Notes: generated by a model from the sequence alone, not told the origin. A DNA stretch of 54,513 nt from an uncultured Muribaculaceae bacterium (GCA_964384115.1 CAYLJU010000007.1:1-54513), one strand, 5' to 3'; counted from the first letter of the stretch, positions 8,985-22,511 are shown. Made by a program: numbers and translations.

Positions 8985-10772
8985 CTAACTTAATTCATTA
9001 AATTTATCAATTAATTCATTAAATGATTTAAGTGCCTCATCCACTATATTACCATTTAATACATCAATATCACATTTTTTTAACATTTCAAGTGGATAAT
9101 CTCTTCCACCACTTTTTAAAAGGTTAATATACTTATTTATAAATTCTTTATCATTAGATCTAATTCTATTTACAATATAACTAGCAATTGATAATCCTGT
9201 TGCATATTTATATACATAAAATGAATCATAAAAATGTGGAATTCTAGCCCATTCATATTTTATTTTTGAATCAATTTTTATATTTTTAGCAAAATAATTT
9301 TTTATTTTTTCAAAATAAATATCTGATAATGATTCACTTGTTAAAGTTAAACCACTCTTATTTTTTTCATGAATATCTTTTTCAAACTCTGCAAACATAG
9401 TTTGTCTATATATAGTAGCCCGATATAGTTCTAATATATTACTTATAATGTATTTTTTTTCATTTATATCACTTGAATTATCAAGTATATAATATGCTAG
9501 TAATAATTCATTAACAGTAGATGCTATTTCAGCTAAAAATATAGGATAACTAGCTTCATGATATGGATTGTTATTATTTGAAAAATAAGTATGAACAGAA
9601 TGACCAAGTTCATGAGCAAGTGTTGATACACTATTATAATCATAATTATAATTTGTTAATATATATGGATCAGTTCCATAAGCCCCCCAAGAGTAAGCTC
9701 CAGATTTTTTGCCTTTATTTTCAAAAACATCAATCCAATTTTCATTAAATGCTTTATCTATTACTTTTATATATTCGTCACCAAATACACTTAAAGCATT
9801 TTTTATAAGCTTTTTAGCATCTTCATATTCATAATGTTTATCAAGTTCACGAACCATATCAGCATATAAATCATAAATATGTAATTCTTCAACTTTTAAA
9901 ACATTTTTTTTAAGTTTATAATATTTAAACAAATATGGTAAATTCTTATGAACATCTTTAATTAATTTATTATAAAGTTTAACATCAATATCATCTTTAT
10001 ATAATGATGATTCTAATGCTGAATTATATTTTTTTAAATCAGATATTTCATTATTTAATTCAACAGTAGTAGATAAACAACTAGCATATGTATTAATTAA
10101 TGACTCATAAGTTTTAAACATTTCATTAAATGCTCGTCTTCTTACTTTTCTATTACTTGATTTAATATACATCGAATAATTAGAATCTGTAAGCTCTATT
10201 TTTTTATTATTTTCATCTTTAATTTTACCAAATTTCATATCAGAATTTCTTAAATAATATGAAATTTCTTCACTACTACTTAATACTTTACTAAGAGAAG
10301 CTAAAATATGTTCTTCTTCTTTAGTTAAAGTATGACTTTTATATCTATAAATATCTTTTAATACTTTATTATATGTTTCAAGTTTTTTATTTTCTTTAAT
10401 ATATTTTTTAACTACTTCATAATCTTCTGATAACAACTCTGGTTCAATATATGATGTAAGAGTTGAAAATTTAGTAAGAGCCGTTGTTATTCTTCCTACA
10501 TAATCTTTATATATACTTTTATTAGCATCTTCATCTAAACGCATTTTTGCATAAACATATAAACGAGATAAAACAATATCATAATTATTTAAATCTGTTA
10601 ATAAATTATATAAATTATCACTTGATTTTAATATATTACCTTGATATTTACTAATATCTTCCATTTTTACTAAAATATTATTTAATTCTTCTTCAAATTC
10701 ACTATTATTTTTATATATTTTTTCTAAATTCCATTTATATTTATCATCTATTTTTTCTCTTAAAACTGGCAT
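8985..10772 (-). CDS. pepF: Oligoendopeptidase F (M3B family)
   Basis: About 595 aa with the zinc motif AHELGHSVH and overall PepF-like sequence (KWNLEKIY N-terminus). Confidence 0.88.
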   Translation of the reverse strand: MPVLREKIDDKYKWNLEKIYKNNSEFEEELNNILVKMEDISKYQGNILKSSDNLYNLLTDLNNYDIVLSRLYVYAKMRLDEDANKSIYKDYVGRITTALTKFSTLTSYIEPELLSEDYEVVKKYIKENKKLETYNKVLKDIYRYKSHTLTKEEEHILASLSKVLSSSEEISYYLRNSDMKFGKIKDENNKKIELTDSNYSMYIKSSNRKVRRRAFNEMFKTYESLINTYASCLSTTVELNNEISDLKKYNSALESSLYKDDIDVKLYNKLIKDVHKNLPYLFKYYKLKKNVLKVEELHIYDLYADMVRELDKHYEYEDAKKLIKNALSVFGDEYIKVIDKAFNENWIDVFENKGKKSGAYSWGAYGTDPYILTNYNYDYNSVSTLAHELGHSVHTYFSNNNNPYHEASYPIFLAEIASTVNELLLAYYILDNSSDINEKKYIISNILELYRATIYRQTMFAEFEKDIHEKNKSGLTLTSESLSDIYFEKIKNYFAKNIKIDSKIKYEWARIPHFYDSFYVYKYATGLSIASYIVNRIRSNDKEFINKYINLLKSGGRDYPLEMLKKCDIDVLNGNIVDEALKSFNELIDKFNELS

Positions 10773-10782
10773 ATTTTCCTTT

Positions 10783-10813
10783 CAAAAAGTAAGTTCTGGT
10801 ATAACCAGAACTT
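10783..10813 (-). terminator. Rho-independent terminator after dnaK
   Basis: Perfect 9-bp stem AAGTTCTGG/CCAGAACTT at 10791-10813, followed by ACTTTTTG on the minus strand. Confidence 0.55.
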
Positions 10814-10816
10814 CTT

Positions 10817-13332
<2,516 letters not shown>

Positions 13333-13334
13333 AT

Positions 13335-14333
13335 TTACCTCTCTATATTTTTCTTTATATAATCAAGAAGTGATGTAACTCTACCATATTCCATACGTTT
13401 TGGTCCTATTAAAGCAATAGTTCCTTCTTCACCATTTACAGAATATTTTGTTTTTATTATAGCAACATCATCATCTAACGTATTTTCACTACCTATATAA
13501 ATATTAATTCCGTTATCTTCTTCTCTAATACTACTAACTAAATCTTTATCCTCAAATTTACTAACGATTTCTCTTATTTTATCAGCATCACTAAATTCAG
13601 GTTGCATTAATATGTTTTTAGTTCCTGAAACTTTAATATTAGTTTCTTCTTTAAAATCATTTAATGCGTTATAGAATGCATTATATATTGCATCATGTTG
13701 TTTAATATAAGTACCTATCACAGGCTTAACTTCAAATTCAAGTTTAGTACATATTTCATCTATTGGCGTACCTACAATAAGTTTATTAATAAGTTCAACT
13801 GTTTTTCTTATTTCATCTAAACTTATATTTTTACTCATTTCCATATTTCTATGTTCAACATGACCTTTATCTGTTATAACAATTGCCAAAAACCTATTTC
13901 CTTCAAGTGGTACAACTTCCATCCTACTAAGTAAATTTTCTTTTGACGAACTTCCTAAAACAATTGCTGTATAATTGGTTAATTCTGATATAATTTCCAT
14001 ACTTCTTAAAACTACATCATTTAACATCAAACTATTATTTTTAAATATTGTTTGTAATTTTAACATATCATCGCCACTAAGTTCTTTAGGAACCATTATA
14101 TTATCAACATAATATCTATATCCATTATCACTTGGTATTCTTCCTGATGAAGTATGTGTTTTTTCAAGTAACCCCAATTCTTCTAAAGCACTCATTTCAT
14201 TTCGTATAGTTGCACTTGAACATTTTAATTTAGCGCATATTGCTTTAGATCCTACAGGTCGTGCTGTTTTAATATACTCTTCAACAATTATTTTAAGCAA
14301 ACTTACTTGTCTTTCTGTTATCAAATATACCAC
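13335..14333 (-). CDS. hrcA: Heat-inducible transcription repressor HrcA
   Basis: ITERQ..LLKIIVEEYI..ARPVGSKAI ... SSATIRNEMSALEELGLLEKTHTSSGRIPSDNGYRYYVD. The real start may be the TTG at 14324, 6 nt after GAGGTG. Confidence 0.9.
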   Translation of the reverse strand: MVYLITERQVSLLKIIVEEYIKTARPVGSKAICAKLKCSSATIRNEMSALEELGLLEKTHTSSGRIPSDNGYRYYVDNIMVPKELSGDDMLKLQTIFKNNSLMLNDVVLRSMEIISELTNYTAIVLGSSSKENLLSRMEVVPLEGNRFLAIVITDKGHVEHRNMEMSKNISLDEIRKTVELINKLIVGTPIDEICTKLEFEVKPVIGTYIKQHDAIYNAFYNALNDFKEETNIKVSGTKNILMQPEFSDADKIREIVSKFEDKDLVSSIREEDNGINIYIGSENTLDDDVAIIKTKYSVNGEEGTIALIGPKRMEYGRVTSLLDYIKKNIER

Positions 14334-14375
14334 CTCTAATTATTATATTCATCAAATACGTTAGTATACGATTTT

Positions 14376-14402
14376 TTTAGCACTCTTTCTCTTTTTGTGC
14401 TA
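14376..14402 (-). promoter_or_regulatory. CIRCE-like operator 1 (TTAGCACTC-N9-TTGTGCTAA)
   Basis: The left arm matches the CIRCE consensus TTAGCACTC-N9-GAGTGCTAA perfectly. The right arm has two mismatches. It lies upstream of hrcA. Confidence 0.7.
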
Positions 14403-14421
14403 ATACAATTATATCACTTTC

Positions 14422-14448
14422 CTTAGCACTGTCAATAGTTTAGTGATA
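14422..14448 (-). promoter_or_regulatory. CIRCE-like operator 2, degenerate (TTAGCACTG-N9-TAGTGATAA)
   Basis: A second inverted repeat with 9-nt spacing lies 20 nt upstream of the first. Confidence 0.45.
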
Positions 14449-14491
14449 AAAAATAAAAAATTATAATCATTTTGACTATAATTTTATCTAA

Positions 14492-14806
14492 TTAAGAATT
14501 TAAAGAATTTAATTCCTGAATGAGCATTTGCTGTTTTTCACATATTTTATTATTGTCAGCTTTTTCTAATTTATACCATCCCATTCTAAACATAAACTCA
14601 AAAACATCTCTTTGCATCGAAATGTATGCATCAAACATTTCTTTATATTTATTATATAATACTTCATTACTAGCTTCAGTTAAAGCTGTAGCATAATTTT
14701 TAACAAGTTCTTTTAAACAAGAAAGTAAACTATTTGCATAATCTTTATCATTCATACATTTTCCACAAGGAACATTAACTTTTTCATTTTCTATTTTATT
14801 ATTCAT
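14492..14806 (-). CDS. Spore coat protein, CotF-like (Coat_F domain)
   Basis: DKDYANSLLSCLKELVKNYATALTEASNEVLYNKYKEMF is typical of the Coat F family. A GGGAGGTAATC RBS precedes the ATG at 14806. Confidence 0.65.
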   Translation of the reverse strand: MNNKIENEKVNVPCGKCMNDKDYANSLLSCLKELVKNYATALTEASNEVLYNKYKEMFDAYISMQRDVFEFMFRMGWYKLEKADNNKICEKQQMLIQELNSLNS

Positions 14807-15014
14807 GATTACCTCCCATAATATTAATAATATCATTCATAATACTCATAAAAGTATTAGAAGACTTATTTAAAATATTTTTAAGTTCTTCATTAGAAAC
14901 ACTATTTACAGCATTAAATGATGTTTTATAAGCTCCAAAATTCCAATTAAACATATCACTTAAATAATCCAAATCTTTACTACTTATAATATTAGGTACA
15001 TATTCATATTTCAT
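14799..15014 (-). CDS. Small spore-coat-associated protein (CotF partner type)
   Basis: A 71-aa product starting at the ATG at 15014, after GGAGGA. It overlaps the CotF-like gene by 8 nt. Its helical sequence (SSKDLDYLSDMFNWNF...) resembles the small proteins paired with CotF homologues. Confidence 0.45.
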   Translation of the reverse strand: MKYEYVPNIISSKDLDYLSDMFNWNFGAYKTSFNAVNSVSNEELKNILNKSSNTFMSIMNDIINIMGGNHE

Positions 15015-15082
15015 ATTTTTTCCTCCAACATTATAATGAACAAAAAATAATAATTTATTCATATTTTGTACATAATATAAAT

Positions 15083-15337
15083 ATGATATACTTTATAATA
15101 TTTATTTTTAAATTCATTGAAAATACATTAAGTACATTTAGATTAATAGTAGTTTCTAAAGGTAAAAAATTAAATGGTGCGATTCTTCAAGGAATCGTTA
15201 CCTTAGTATGGGCTATATCTGCAGGATTAACAATCATCGATTTTAAAAATGATTACTTTAAAATTTTTGTTTTTTGTTTAGGCGCTAGTATTGGATCATA
15301 TTTTGGATCATACATTGAAGAAAAAATAAAGAAATGA
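15083..15337 (+). CDS. Small integral membrane protein (resembles the N-terminal membrane part of UPF0316/DUF5698 proteins)
   Basis: Three hydrophobic helices. The opening FIENTLSTFRLIVVSKGKKL is reminiscent of the UPF0316 family. Confidence 0.45.
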   Translation: MIYFIIFIFKFIENTLSTFRLIVVSKGKKLNGAILQGIVTLVWAISAGLTIIDFKNDYFKIFVFCLGASIGSYFGSYIEEKIKK

Positions 15338-15339
15338 AA

Positions 15340-15918
15340 TTATTTAACAATCTCATTTCCTTCAAATTTAACATTCAAAAATTTTTTACTTGATAGAAAA
15401 TCACACATATGAACAAACTTTTGATATTTATTGTGAGGTTTTTCCAAAACTTCATTACCATTATAATCTTTTGTCCACTCACCCATATGTGTTTTTATTG
15501 TACTATCAATAAATTCAAGTTCTTTATCACTAAATTTTAATTTATCATTATTTTCAATTATATATTTACCGATAAGAATAGGATGTTCAAAAACAGTATA
15601 TTCTTGTTTAACTAATCCCGATTTTAATCCATCATGAACAAGTAAACATAAAAGCATCAAATCTTTTTCTTTAGGTGTAAAAGCATCACCAATAATCGAA
15701 TTATTATTTAATAATTCATTGGCAATAGCAGCAGCAACTTTAGTGTGTCTAACAAGACCACCTTCCCCTTGGGAAAAAGAAGGATGATACTTACCAGTTG
15801 ATGAAGCTGGAACTTCAAAAAAATAATCTGGAAGTAAATTTATAATTTTTTTAGCTTTTTCTCTTATTTCATTATCTTTTATATATTGTAATTCAGTTTT
15901 AAATACATCTTCTTTCAT
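15340..15918 (-). CDS. HD-domain phosphohydrolase
   Basis: H...HD pattern (GKYHPSF...LVRHT...LLVHDGLK) in a protein of about 190 aa. Confidence 0.65.
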   Translation of the reverse strand: MKEDVFKTELQYIKDNEIREKAKKIINLLPDYFFEVPASSTGKYHPSFSQGEGGLVRHTKVAAAIANELLNNNSIIGDAFTPKEKDLMLLCLLVHDGLKSGLVKQEYTVFEHPILIGKYIIENNDKLKFSDKELEFIDSTIKTHMGEWTKDYNGNEVLEKPHNKYQKFVHMCDFLSSKKFLNVKFEGNEIVK

Positions 15919-15928
15919 ACTTAACCTC

Positions 15929-16996
15929 CTATATAAAATAAATCAGTATTTCATTTGACAAATAGATATAATCTTTATTTATAAAAATATAATTATTTTT
16001 ATCTATCAATTTACCACAATCTATTAAATTTTTAATATCAAAAACATCTTCTATTTTTTTATTAAACTTTCTCTCAAATTCTACTTTATCCACGCCTTTT
16101 AATTTTCTCAAACCAAGTATCATTTCATTTTGCATAATTTCCATTTCATCTAATTTATTACTACTTTGAATATATTTACCATTTATATAATCAATAATAT
16201 TTCTTGTATTTTCATATCTTATATTTTTAATATATCCAGATGCACCAAGCCCAAATCCATAGTAATTTTGATTATTCCAATACACTAAATTATGTTTAGA
16301 TTCATAACCATGTAAAGAAAAATTAGAAATTTCATAATGGTTATATTTACTTAATTTTTTTTCAATTAACTCATACATTGAATAATCAAGATCTTGATCT
16401 ATTGGTTCTTCATTTTGTAATTTTGTATGTTCTTCTATTATTAATGAATATGTTGAAATATGTTTTATTTTTAAAGATAAAAGAATATCTAAATCATCTT
16501 CTAAATCTTTTAAATTCTCACATTTTAAAGCATACATTAAATCAACATTTATATTATCATAATACTTACTTGCTAAAATAATTCTATCTTTATAATCACT
16601 ATAATAACTGCGCCCTAAATAATCAAGATTTTTTTTATTTGTAGACTCTAAACCAATACTTAATCTGTTAACTTTAGTAGTTTTTAAAAATTCAAGTAAT
16701 TCAATATTTATATCTTCTATATTACATTCAAAAGTAAATTCTTTAATATTCATATTAAAAATATTAATAATCTCAAACAAATATTTTAATTCTTCCATTT
16801 TTAAACAAGATGGTGTTCCACCACCTATATAAATTGTTTCAATTACTTCACCTTTATAATTATTAATGATTTCATTTTTTAAACTATCCAAATAAGGTTT
16901 AATCCATTTTTTTATATAAAACAATTTACAGAAATCACAATATGAACATATATTCTTACAAAAAGGAATATGAATATAAACACTTTTATTCATCAT
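15929..16996 (-). CDS. hemW: Radical SAM heme chaperone HemW (HemN-like, oxygen-independent coproporphyrinogen oxidase family)
   Basis: [16 protein letters not shown] is a CxxxCxxC radical SAM motif. The gene lies immediately after lepA, as in Bacillus. Confidence 0.85.
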   Translation of the reverse strand: MMNKSVYIHIPFCKNICSYCDFCKLFYIKKWIKPYLDSLKNEIINNYKGEVIETIYIGGGTPSCLKMEELKYLFEIINIFNMNIKEFTFECNIEDINIELLEFLKTTKVNRLSIGLESTNKKNLDYLGRSYYSDYKDRIILASKYYDNINVDLMYALKCENLKDLEDDLDILLSLKIKHISTYSLIIEEHTKLQNEEPIDQDLDYSMYELIEKKLSKYNHYEISNFSLHGYESKHNLVYWNNQNYYGFGLGASGYIKNIRYENTRNIIDYINGKYIQSSNKLDEMEIMQNEMILGLRKLKGVDKVEFERKFNKKIEDVFDIKNLIDCGKLIDKNNYIFINKDYIYLSNEILIYFI

Positions 16997-18785
16997 CTAA
17001 TTTTAATACTGCAAGGAAAGCTTCTGGTGGTATTTCTACACTACCTACCATTTTCATTCTCTTTTTTCCTTCTTTTTGTTTTTCTAAAAGTTTCCTTTTT
17101 CTAGAAACATCGCCACCATAACATTTAGCAAGAACATCTTTTCTTACTGCTTTAATATCACTTCTAGCAATTATTTTTGATCCAATACTAGCTTGAATTG
17201 GAACTTCAAATTGCTGTCTAGGAATTAATTCTCTTAATTTTTCAACTATACTTCTTCCTCTATTGTAAGCAAAATCTCTATGGACAATAATACTTAAAGC
17301 ATCTACTACTTCACCGTTTAATAAAACATCCATTTTTACTAAATCACTTTCTCTATAACCAATTAATTCGTAATCAAAAGAAGCGTATCCTTTTGTATAA
17401 GATTTAAGTTTATCAAAAAAATCATAAACTATTTCTGATAAAGGAAGTTCATAATGAATATTAACTCTTGCATTATCAATATATTCCATTGATACATAAT
17501 TTCCTCTTTTATTCTGACAAAGTTCCATAATAGGTCCAATATAGTTTGATGGAACAAATATATTAGTCATTACATAAGGTTCCTCTATTTTTAAAATTTT
17601 AACTTTTTCAGGCATTTGTATTGGACTATCAACAACAACAACTTCCCTATCAGTTTTAGTTACCTTATAAATAACTGAAGGAGTTGTTGCAATAATATCT
17701 AAATTAAATTCTCTTTTAATTCTCTCAATTATAACATCCATATGTAATAATCCTAAGAATCCACATCTAAATCCAAATCCCAGTGAAGCTGAAGTTTCAA
17801 CTTCAAATTCAAGTGATGCATCATTTAATTTTAATTTTTCTAAAGCTTCTCTTAAATCAGCAAATTTATTAGTTTCAATCGGATATAAACCACAAAATAC
17901 CATTGGTTTTAATTGTTTATAACCTGGAAGTGGCTCATCTGCCGAATCATTTGCCAAAGTTATAGTATCTCCAACTTTTAGATCTGATAAACTTTTAATA
18001 CTTGCACTTAAATATCCAACTTCTCCTGCTTTTAATTCATTAATATTTTTTTCTTTTGGTGTATGATTACCAAGTTCAGTAACATCATAAACTTTACTTG
18101 TTTGCATCATTTTAATGTTTGAACCAACTTTAATTACACCATTTACAACTTTTATTAAAGCTACTACACCTTTATAAGAATCATAATAACTATCAAACAC
18201 TAATGCTTGTAATTTTTTATTTACATCACCATTAGGTGCTGGAATTCTTTCAATAACAGCCTCTATTAATTCTTTAATGCCAATACCATTTTTAGCGCTA
18301 GTTAAAATGATTTCATCTTCATTAAAACCTAAAACATCATGAAGTTCTTTTTTTACCTTTTCTGGATCAGCATTAGGTAAATCAATTTTATTGATAACTG
18401 GAATTATTTTCAAATTATTTTCTAAAGCCAAATATAAATTAGCGATTGTTTGAGCTTCTATTCCTTGAGCTGCATCAACAACCAAAATTGCGCCTTCACA
18501 AGCAGCTAAACTCCTAGAAACTTCATATGTAAAATCAACATGACCTGGAGTATCAATTAAATTTAAATAATATTCTTCATTATTATAGTTATATTTTAAT
18601 TGAACAGCATTCAATTTAATTGTTATTCCTCTTTCTCTTTCAATATCCATATTATCAAGTAATTGATCTTGCATTTCCCTTTTTGTTAAAGCTCCTGTTT
18701 CTTCTAAGATCCTATCTGCAAGTGTACTTTTACCATGATCAATATGAGCGATTATTGAAAAATTTCTTATATTAGATTGCTTCAT
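16986..18785 (-). CDS. lepA: Translation elongation factor 4 (LepA)
   Basis: [28 protein letters not shown] and NKIDL G-motifs, plus the LepA-specific C-terminus ([17 protein letters not shown]). Confidence 0.97.
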   Translation of the reverse strand: MKQSNIRNFSIIAHIDHGKSTLADRILEETGALTKREMQDQLLDNMDIERERGITIKLNAVQLKYNYNNEEYYLNLIDTPGHVDFTYEVSRSLAACEGAILVVDAAQGIEAQTIANLYLALENNLKIIPVINKIDLPNADPEKVKKELHDVLGFNEDEIILTSAKNGIGIKELIEAVIERIPAPNGDVNKKLQALVFDSYYDSYKGVVALIKVVNGVIKVGSNIKMMQTSKVYDVTELGNHTPKEKNINELKAGEVGYLSASIKSLSDLKVGDTITLANDSADEPLPGYKQLKPMVFCGLYPIETNKFADLREALEKLKLNDASLEFEVETSASLGFGFRCGFLGLLHMDVIIERIKREFNLDIIATTPSVIYKVTKTDREVVVVDSPIQMPEKVKILKIEEPYVMTNIFVPSNYIGPIMELCQNKRGNYVSMEYIDNARVNIHYELPLSEIVYDFFDKLKSYTKGYASFDYELIGYRESDLVKMDVLLNGEVVDALSIIVHRDFAYNRGRSIVEKLRELIPRQQFEVPIQASIGSKIIARSDIKAVRKDVLAKCYGGDVSRKRKLLEKQKEGKKRMKMVGSVEIPPEAFLAVLKLDDE

Positions 18786-18821
18786 AAAACCACCTACACC
18801 TAATTATAACAAAAAAAGACA

Positions 18822-18850
18822 TAAAAAAAAAGACATAAAATTTTATGTCC
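18822..18850 (-). terminator. Rho-independent terminator after the prepilin genes
   Basis: Palindrome GACATAAAATTTTATGTC followed by a 9-T run on the minus strand. Confidence 0.7.
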
Positions 18851-18867
18851 TTTTGCACTTACGATTA

Positions 18868-19284
18868 TTATGCACTTGGTTTTTGACAAGTATATCTACC
18901 ATTTGAAGCTTTACATATATATGTATTTACATTTAAATCTCCCCAAGTAACAGTACCATCTTGTGCGATTGTAATTGTACCTTCTTGTGGATAAGTATTT
19001 TTGTAATCAAATGTAGACAATGTATCACCTTCAACAGTAGGCGTTACTATAGCTTTAGTTCCATCAAATGTAATACTTGCACCACCAAAATTAGCATTTT
19101 TCATAACAGAAAGACTATAGAAATTATTTGTAGCCTCAACTATAGCATCACAAGTCCTTTCAGCAGCACTAATACGAGTAGTATTGATAATATTTGTTAC
19201 AATTGGCGTACCAATTAAAGCAATAATTGCAAGAATAACAATGATCGCAAGCAATTCAATTAAAGTAAAACCTTTCTTATTCAT
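18868..19284 (-). CDS. Type IV pilin / ComGC-like pseudopilin (prepilin-type N-terminal methylation domain)
   Basis: MNKKGFTLIELLAIIVILAIIALI is the classic G|FTLIE class III signal. There is a C-terminal Cys pair (CKASNGRYTC). Confidence 0.85.
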   Translation of the reverse strand: MNKKGFTLIELLAIIVILAIIALIGTPIVTNIINTTRISAAERTCDAIVEATNNFYSLSVMKNANFGGASITFDGTKAIVTPTVEGDTLSTFDYKNTYPQEGTITIAQDGTVTWGDLNVNTYICKASNGRYTCQKPSA

Positions 19285-19306
19285 TATTTACCTTCCTTCC
19301 TAAAAT

Positions 19307-19666
19307 TTATGAACACGAAATTTCTTCCGCATTACCTGAAATTGTACAAGTAAAATTATCAATCTTCATTTCACTTGTTATATTGCCACTTTTATCAATA
19401 GTAGCTTGTCCCTCTTTTATATCTGCATCTTCTATATTTAATTTATCAATATTTTCTTTTTTAGATAAATCTAATGTTTCAGCTTTATTATTAGCATAAT
19501 AGTAAGTTTTCAAACCTTGTTTAACCAAATTACACTTACTAACTGCTTCTTCCCTCTTTACTTCATCTAATTCTTTTGAAATAAGCGGAGCCGAAACAAA
19601 AGTCATAACGGAAACAATTATTGTAATTGAAATAAATTCAACTAACGTAAATCCTTTACTATTCAT
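19307..19666 (-). CDS. Type IV pilin-like protein
   Basis: MNSKGFTLVEFISITIIV prepilin signal and a C-terminal Cys pair (CTISGNAEEISC). Confidence 0.8.
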   Translation of the reverse strand: MNSKGFTLVEFISITIIVSVMTFVSAPLISKELDEVKREEAVSKCNLVKQGLKTYYYANNKAETLDLSKKENIDKLNIEDADIKEGQATIDKSGNITSEMKIDNFTCTISGNAEEISCS

Positions 19667-19740
19667 ACCCCACCTACCATCTTAATTTTATAATATTATT
19701 TAAACATAGTCAATAAAATTTTAAAAATATATACATTTTT

Positions 19741-20157
19741 TTACGCTCTAATATCTATTATGCGCAATTTACTAATTTCTATATCACCCTTAGTTACAGT
19801 ATAAACAAAAGTATATTTACCAGGTGTTAAACCTTTTAAATAAGAACCATATTCATTTTTATCAATTTCATAATCATCAATACTTATCTCAGAAATACTA
19901 CAGCCATCACAAATAACAATATCATTTTTTAAATTATAATTAATTCTCTCATCATAAGATAATATTTTATTAGATATAACCACTGTAGGCATACTAGAAG
20001 CTTCGTCATATATTGCCTTTTTGTGAGCATCAAAAATAGTCTTACGATATGAAAGCAAAGCAAGTAAACTAGCAACTAAAACTAAAAATAGTAAAAATAT
20101 AGAATAGATCATTGTTGATATAGCAAATCCTCTATTATTTAATTTCACCTTCATCAC
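19741..20157 (-). CDS. Minor pseudopilin-like protein (degenerate prepilin signal)
   Basis: NNRGFAISTMIYSIFLLFLVLV has the Gly-Phe cleavage context followed by a hydrophobic helix, but lacks Glu5, as many minor pilins do. Its start overlaps the pduL 3' end by 23 nt. Confidence 0.55.
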   Translation of the reverse strand: MMKVKLNNRGFAISTMIYSIFLLFLVLVASLLALLSYRKTIFDAHKKAIYDEASSMPTVVISNKILSYDERINYNLKNDIVICDGCSISEISIDDYEIDKNEYGSYLKGLTPGKYTFVYTVTKGDIEISKLRIIDIRA

Positions 20158-20686
20158 CCGTTTTTACAAAATTTCCATTTGCATCATCCGTATCAATATG
20201 CATTTCCATCAAAGAATTAGGACTAACCTTTAAATGAACATCATATAATAAAGATTTCTTTTCATTACCAATTTCAACACTTAAAACATCATTTAAACCA
20301 TATTTTTCTTTATCTTCTTTAGTTATATGAATATGTCGATCAGGTATAATACATCCATTAGTAACAATTTGGCCGCAAGGTCCAATTAAAGTTACAATTT
20401 CAGATCCTTCTAAATCACCACTAGTTCTAATGGGTGGATTCAATCCTAAAGTATAAGCATCAGTTTTAGAAATTTCAATTTGTGTATAACTCCTAAAAGG
20501 TCCAAGTACTCTAACATTTTTAATTTCATTTTTTAATGTTTTAATAGTTAATTTATAAATAGAAGCAAATTGATTAGGCTGATACAAATCTTTATCCTTT
20601 TCTAAAATAACATCACCAAACAATCTTTTAAAATCTTCTTCTTTCAAATGAACATGTCTATTTGAGACACCAATTCTAACTTTCAT
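20135..20686 (-). CDS. pduL: Phosphate propanoyltransferase / phosphotransacylase PduL
   Basis: The duplicated PduL motif is present (IGVSNRHVHLKEEDF ... PDRHIHITKEDKEKYGL). Confidence 0.8.
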   Translation of the reverse strand: MKVRIGVSNRHVHLKEEDFKRLFGDVILEKDKDLYQPNQFASIYKLTIKTLKNEIKNVRVLGPFRSYTQIEISKTDAYTLGLNPPIRTSGDLEGSEIVTLIGPCGQIVTNGCIIPDRHIHITKEDKEKYGLNDVLSVEIGNEKKSLLYDVHLKVSPNSLMEMHIDTDDANGNFVKTGDEGEIK

Positions 20687-20764
20687 ATTATCACCATTTA
20701 CATTATACTATTTTTTTTTTAATATTTAAAGGTCTAATTAATATAATTTAATGAAAGGAGTTTT

Positions 20765-21109
20765 ATGAACAACAATTATAATAATTTTCCAGGTAATCCT
20801 ATATATTATGGAAATACAAAATTACCAAATCAAGACGATGGTTCAATTATAAATGAACAAAGTTATATTGAAAATATTTTAAGATTAAATAGAGGTAAAA
20901 AAGTAAGAATACATATGACATTTCCCGATTCAAATGAATTTAGAGACAAAGTATTTACAGGCATTATAGAGCAATCAGGACGTGATCATATTATATTAAG
21001 TGATTCAACAACAGGAAATTGGTATCTTTTATTAATAATATATCTTGATTACATTGAGTTTAATGAAAAAATTAACACAAGTGGTCAATTTTATCCGCAA
21101 AGTAATTGA
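20765..21109 (+). CDS. gerQ: Spore coat protein GerQ
   Basis: EQSYIENILRLNRGKKVRIHMTF...FTGIIEQSGRDHIILSD..TGNWYLLLIIYLDYIEF matches the GerQ (YwdL) signature. Confidence 0.8.
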   Translation: MNNNYNNFPGNPIYYGNTKLPNQDDGSIINEQSYIENILRLNRGKKVRIHMTFPDSNEFRDKVFTGIIEQSGRDHIILSDSTTGNWYLLLIIYLDYIEFNEKINTSGQFYPQSN

Positions 21110-21150
21110 ATTAAAAACCAATAAATGATATAATTTAATTGGTGATAAAA

Positions 21151-21690
21151 ATGGATTATTTAGTAATTATATCAGAAATTGTAGCTATAATATCAATACT
21201 ATTATTATGGATAATCATAACATACAATAATTATCAAAGTTTTATTATAAGAATAAATGAAGTTGAAACAAAAATAGATTCCATATTAAGAAAAAAATTT
21301 GATCTCGTATCCAAATGTATTGAAATAATAGAAACATATACAGGAAAAGAAGAATTTGAAGATATAGATAATCTAAAAAATGAAAAAATAAGTAATTTTG
21401 ATCTAGACCGCAAATTAACTGAAGCAATTATAAAATTTGAAAATTATAAAGATAAATATGAAGAACTAGAAAAAAATGAAGTATTTATAAAAACAAATAA
21501 TCAAATAAATGAAGCCAATACTGATTTAGAAGCATGTAAAAATTACTACAATGACATAGTAACTAACTATAATAAAAAAGTTAAAAAATTTCCTAGTGAT
21601 ATAATTGCAAAAATATCAAAATTCAAAGTAAGGCCATATTTTGATGGCAAAGATATGTTTGATGATAATGTAAAAGATTTTAAACTATAG
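21151..21690 (+). CDS. lemA: LemA family membrane protein
   Basis: N-terminal TM helix followed by the LemA-like helical domain (YN..Q...I..NEVETKIDSILRKKFDL ... YYNDIVTNYNKKVKKFPSDIIAK). The start is the ATG at 21151, after GGTGAT. Confidence 0.75.
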   Translation: MDYLVIISEIVAIISILLLWIIITYNNYQSFIIRINEVETKIDSILRKKFDLVSKCIEIIETYTGKEEFEDIDNLKNEKISNFDLDRKLTEAIIKFENYKDKYEELEKNEVFIKTNNQINEANTDLEACKNYYNDIVTNYNKKVKKFPSDIIAKISKFKVRPYFDGKDMFDDNVKDFKL

Positions 21691-21716
21691 ATAGAATTTT
21701 AATTTCTATCTTTTTA
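21689..21716 (+). terminator. Rho-independent terminator of lemA
   Basis: Stem AGATAGAA/TTCTATCT followed by TTTTTAT. Confidence 0.6.
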
Positions 21717-21718
21717 TA

Positions 21719-21754
21719 TAGAAAAAGATTGAAAACTAAAAATTTTCAATCTTT
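21719..21754 (-). terminator. Rho-independent terminator after divIC
   Basis: 12-bp stem AAAGATTGAAAA/TTTTCAATCTTT followed by TTTTTC on the minus strand. Confidence 0.6.
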
Positions 21755-21765
21755 TAAATTCGTAC

Positions 21766-22200
21766 CTAATTATTTTTAACAGTATTTAAGTATTTTTTAC
21801 TCATTTTATGCTTAACAAAAACAATTATTAAAATTAAAAAAGCGCCACCAACAATAATATATATATTTATATAATCTTCCTTATCTTCCTTAACTATCTC
21901 TTCATAATTATCATCATCAAACTTTAAAGCAAATTCACCATCTCTAGTATATAAATAATGTTCTCTAGCATACCTAGCAATATATTCCTTATCATTTAAC
22001 TTTAAAATATCTGTTTTTAATTTTTCTTCATTTTCTTTTAATTCCAATAAATTATTATTTAAATCTATTTCCATCGAAGACAAAGTTTTAATTTTTATAC
22101 CATATGAAATAGTAGTAATACAAAAATAAACAATAACAACAATTGAAACAATTCTTAAAATAAATTTTACAACTGATTTCTTTACCTTTCTCTTTTTCAT
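21766..22200 (-). CDS. divIC: Septum formation initiator (DivIC/FtsB family) with an extra C-terminal TM helix
   Basis: N-terminal TM helix, a coiled coil and DKEYIARYAREHYLYTRDGEFALKF. The yabP-yabQ-divIC synteny supports the call. Confidence 0.75.
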   Translation of the reverse strand: MKKRKVKKSVVKFILRIVSIVVIVYFCITTISYGIKIKTLSSMEIDLNNNLLELKENEEKLKTDILKLNDKEYIARYAREHYLYTRDGEFALKFDDDNYEEIVKEDKEDYINIYIIVGGAFLILIIVFVKHKMSKKYLNTVKNN

Positions 22201-22226
22201 ATGATCACCATATATATTATATACGA

Positions 22227-22511
22227 TTATTTCTTTTTTTTCAACAACACTTTACACACAGTATAACTAATATAATTCCCAACTAAAAACATTATTACTA
22301 AATTAATATTTAAAATACCATCATTAATAATCTTTAAAAAAAAGAAATAAAGAATTCCATTGAAAATACCAAAAAGAATAGAAGAAATAAATTTAATTAT
22401 TAATTTTTTATTATAAATAAGAGGCTTAATAAAATTTAAAATTACAAAAAATATAAAACCATAACAAAAAGAAAAAGTAATCATTTTTAATTGAATATTT
22501 AAAGGTATCAT
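22227..22511 (-). CDS. yabQ: Spore cortex biosynthesis protein YabQ
   Basis: A small polytopic membrane protein directly after yabP, with a 4-nt overlap. Confidence 0.7.
   Translation of the reverse strand: MIPLNIQLKMITFSFCYGFIFFVILNFIKPLIYNKKLIIKFISSILFGIFNGILYFFFLKIINDGILNINLVIMFLVGNYISYTVCKVLLKKKK

Noticed and set aside
20135-20686. PduL as an indicator of a propanediol or ethanolamine microcompartment locus.
   Set aside because: There are no shell protein, diol dehydratase or eut/pdu genes anywhere in the window. It more likely acts as a stand-alone phosphotransacylase.
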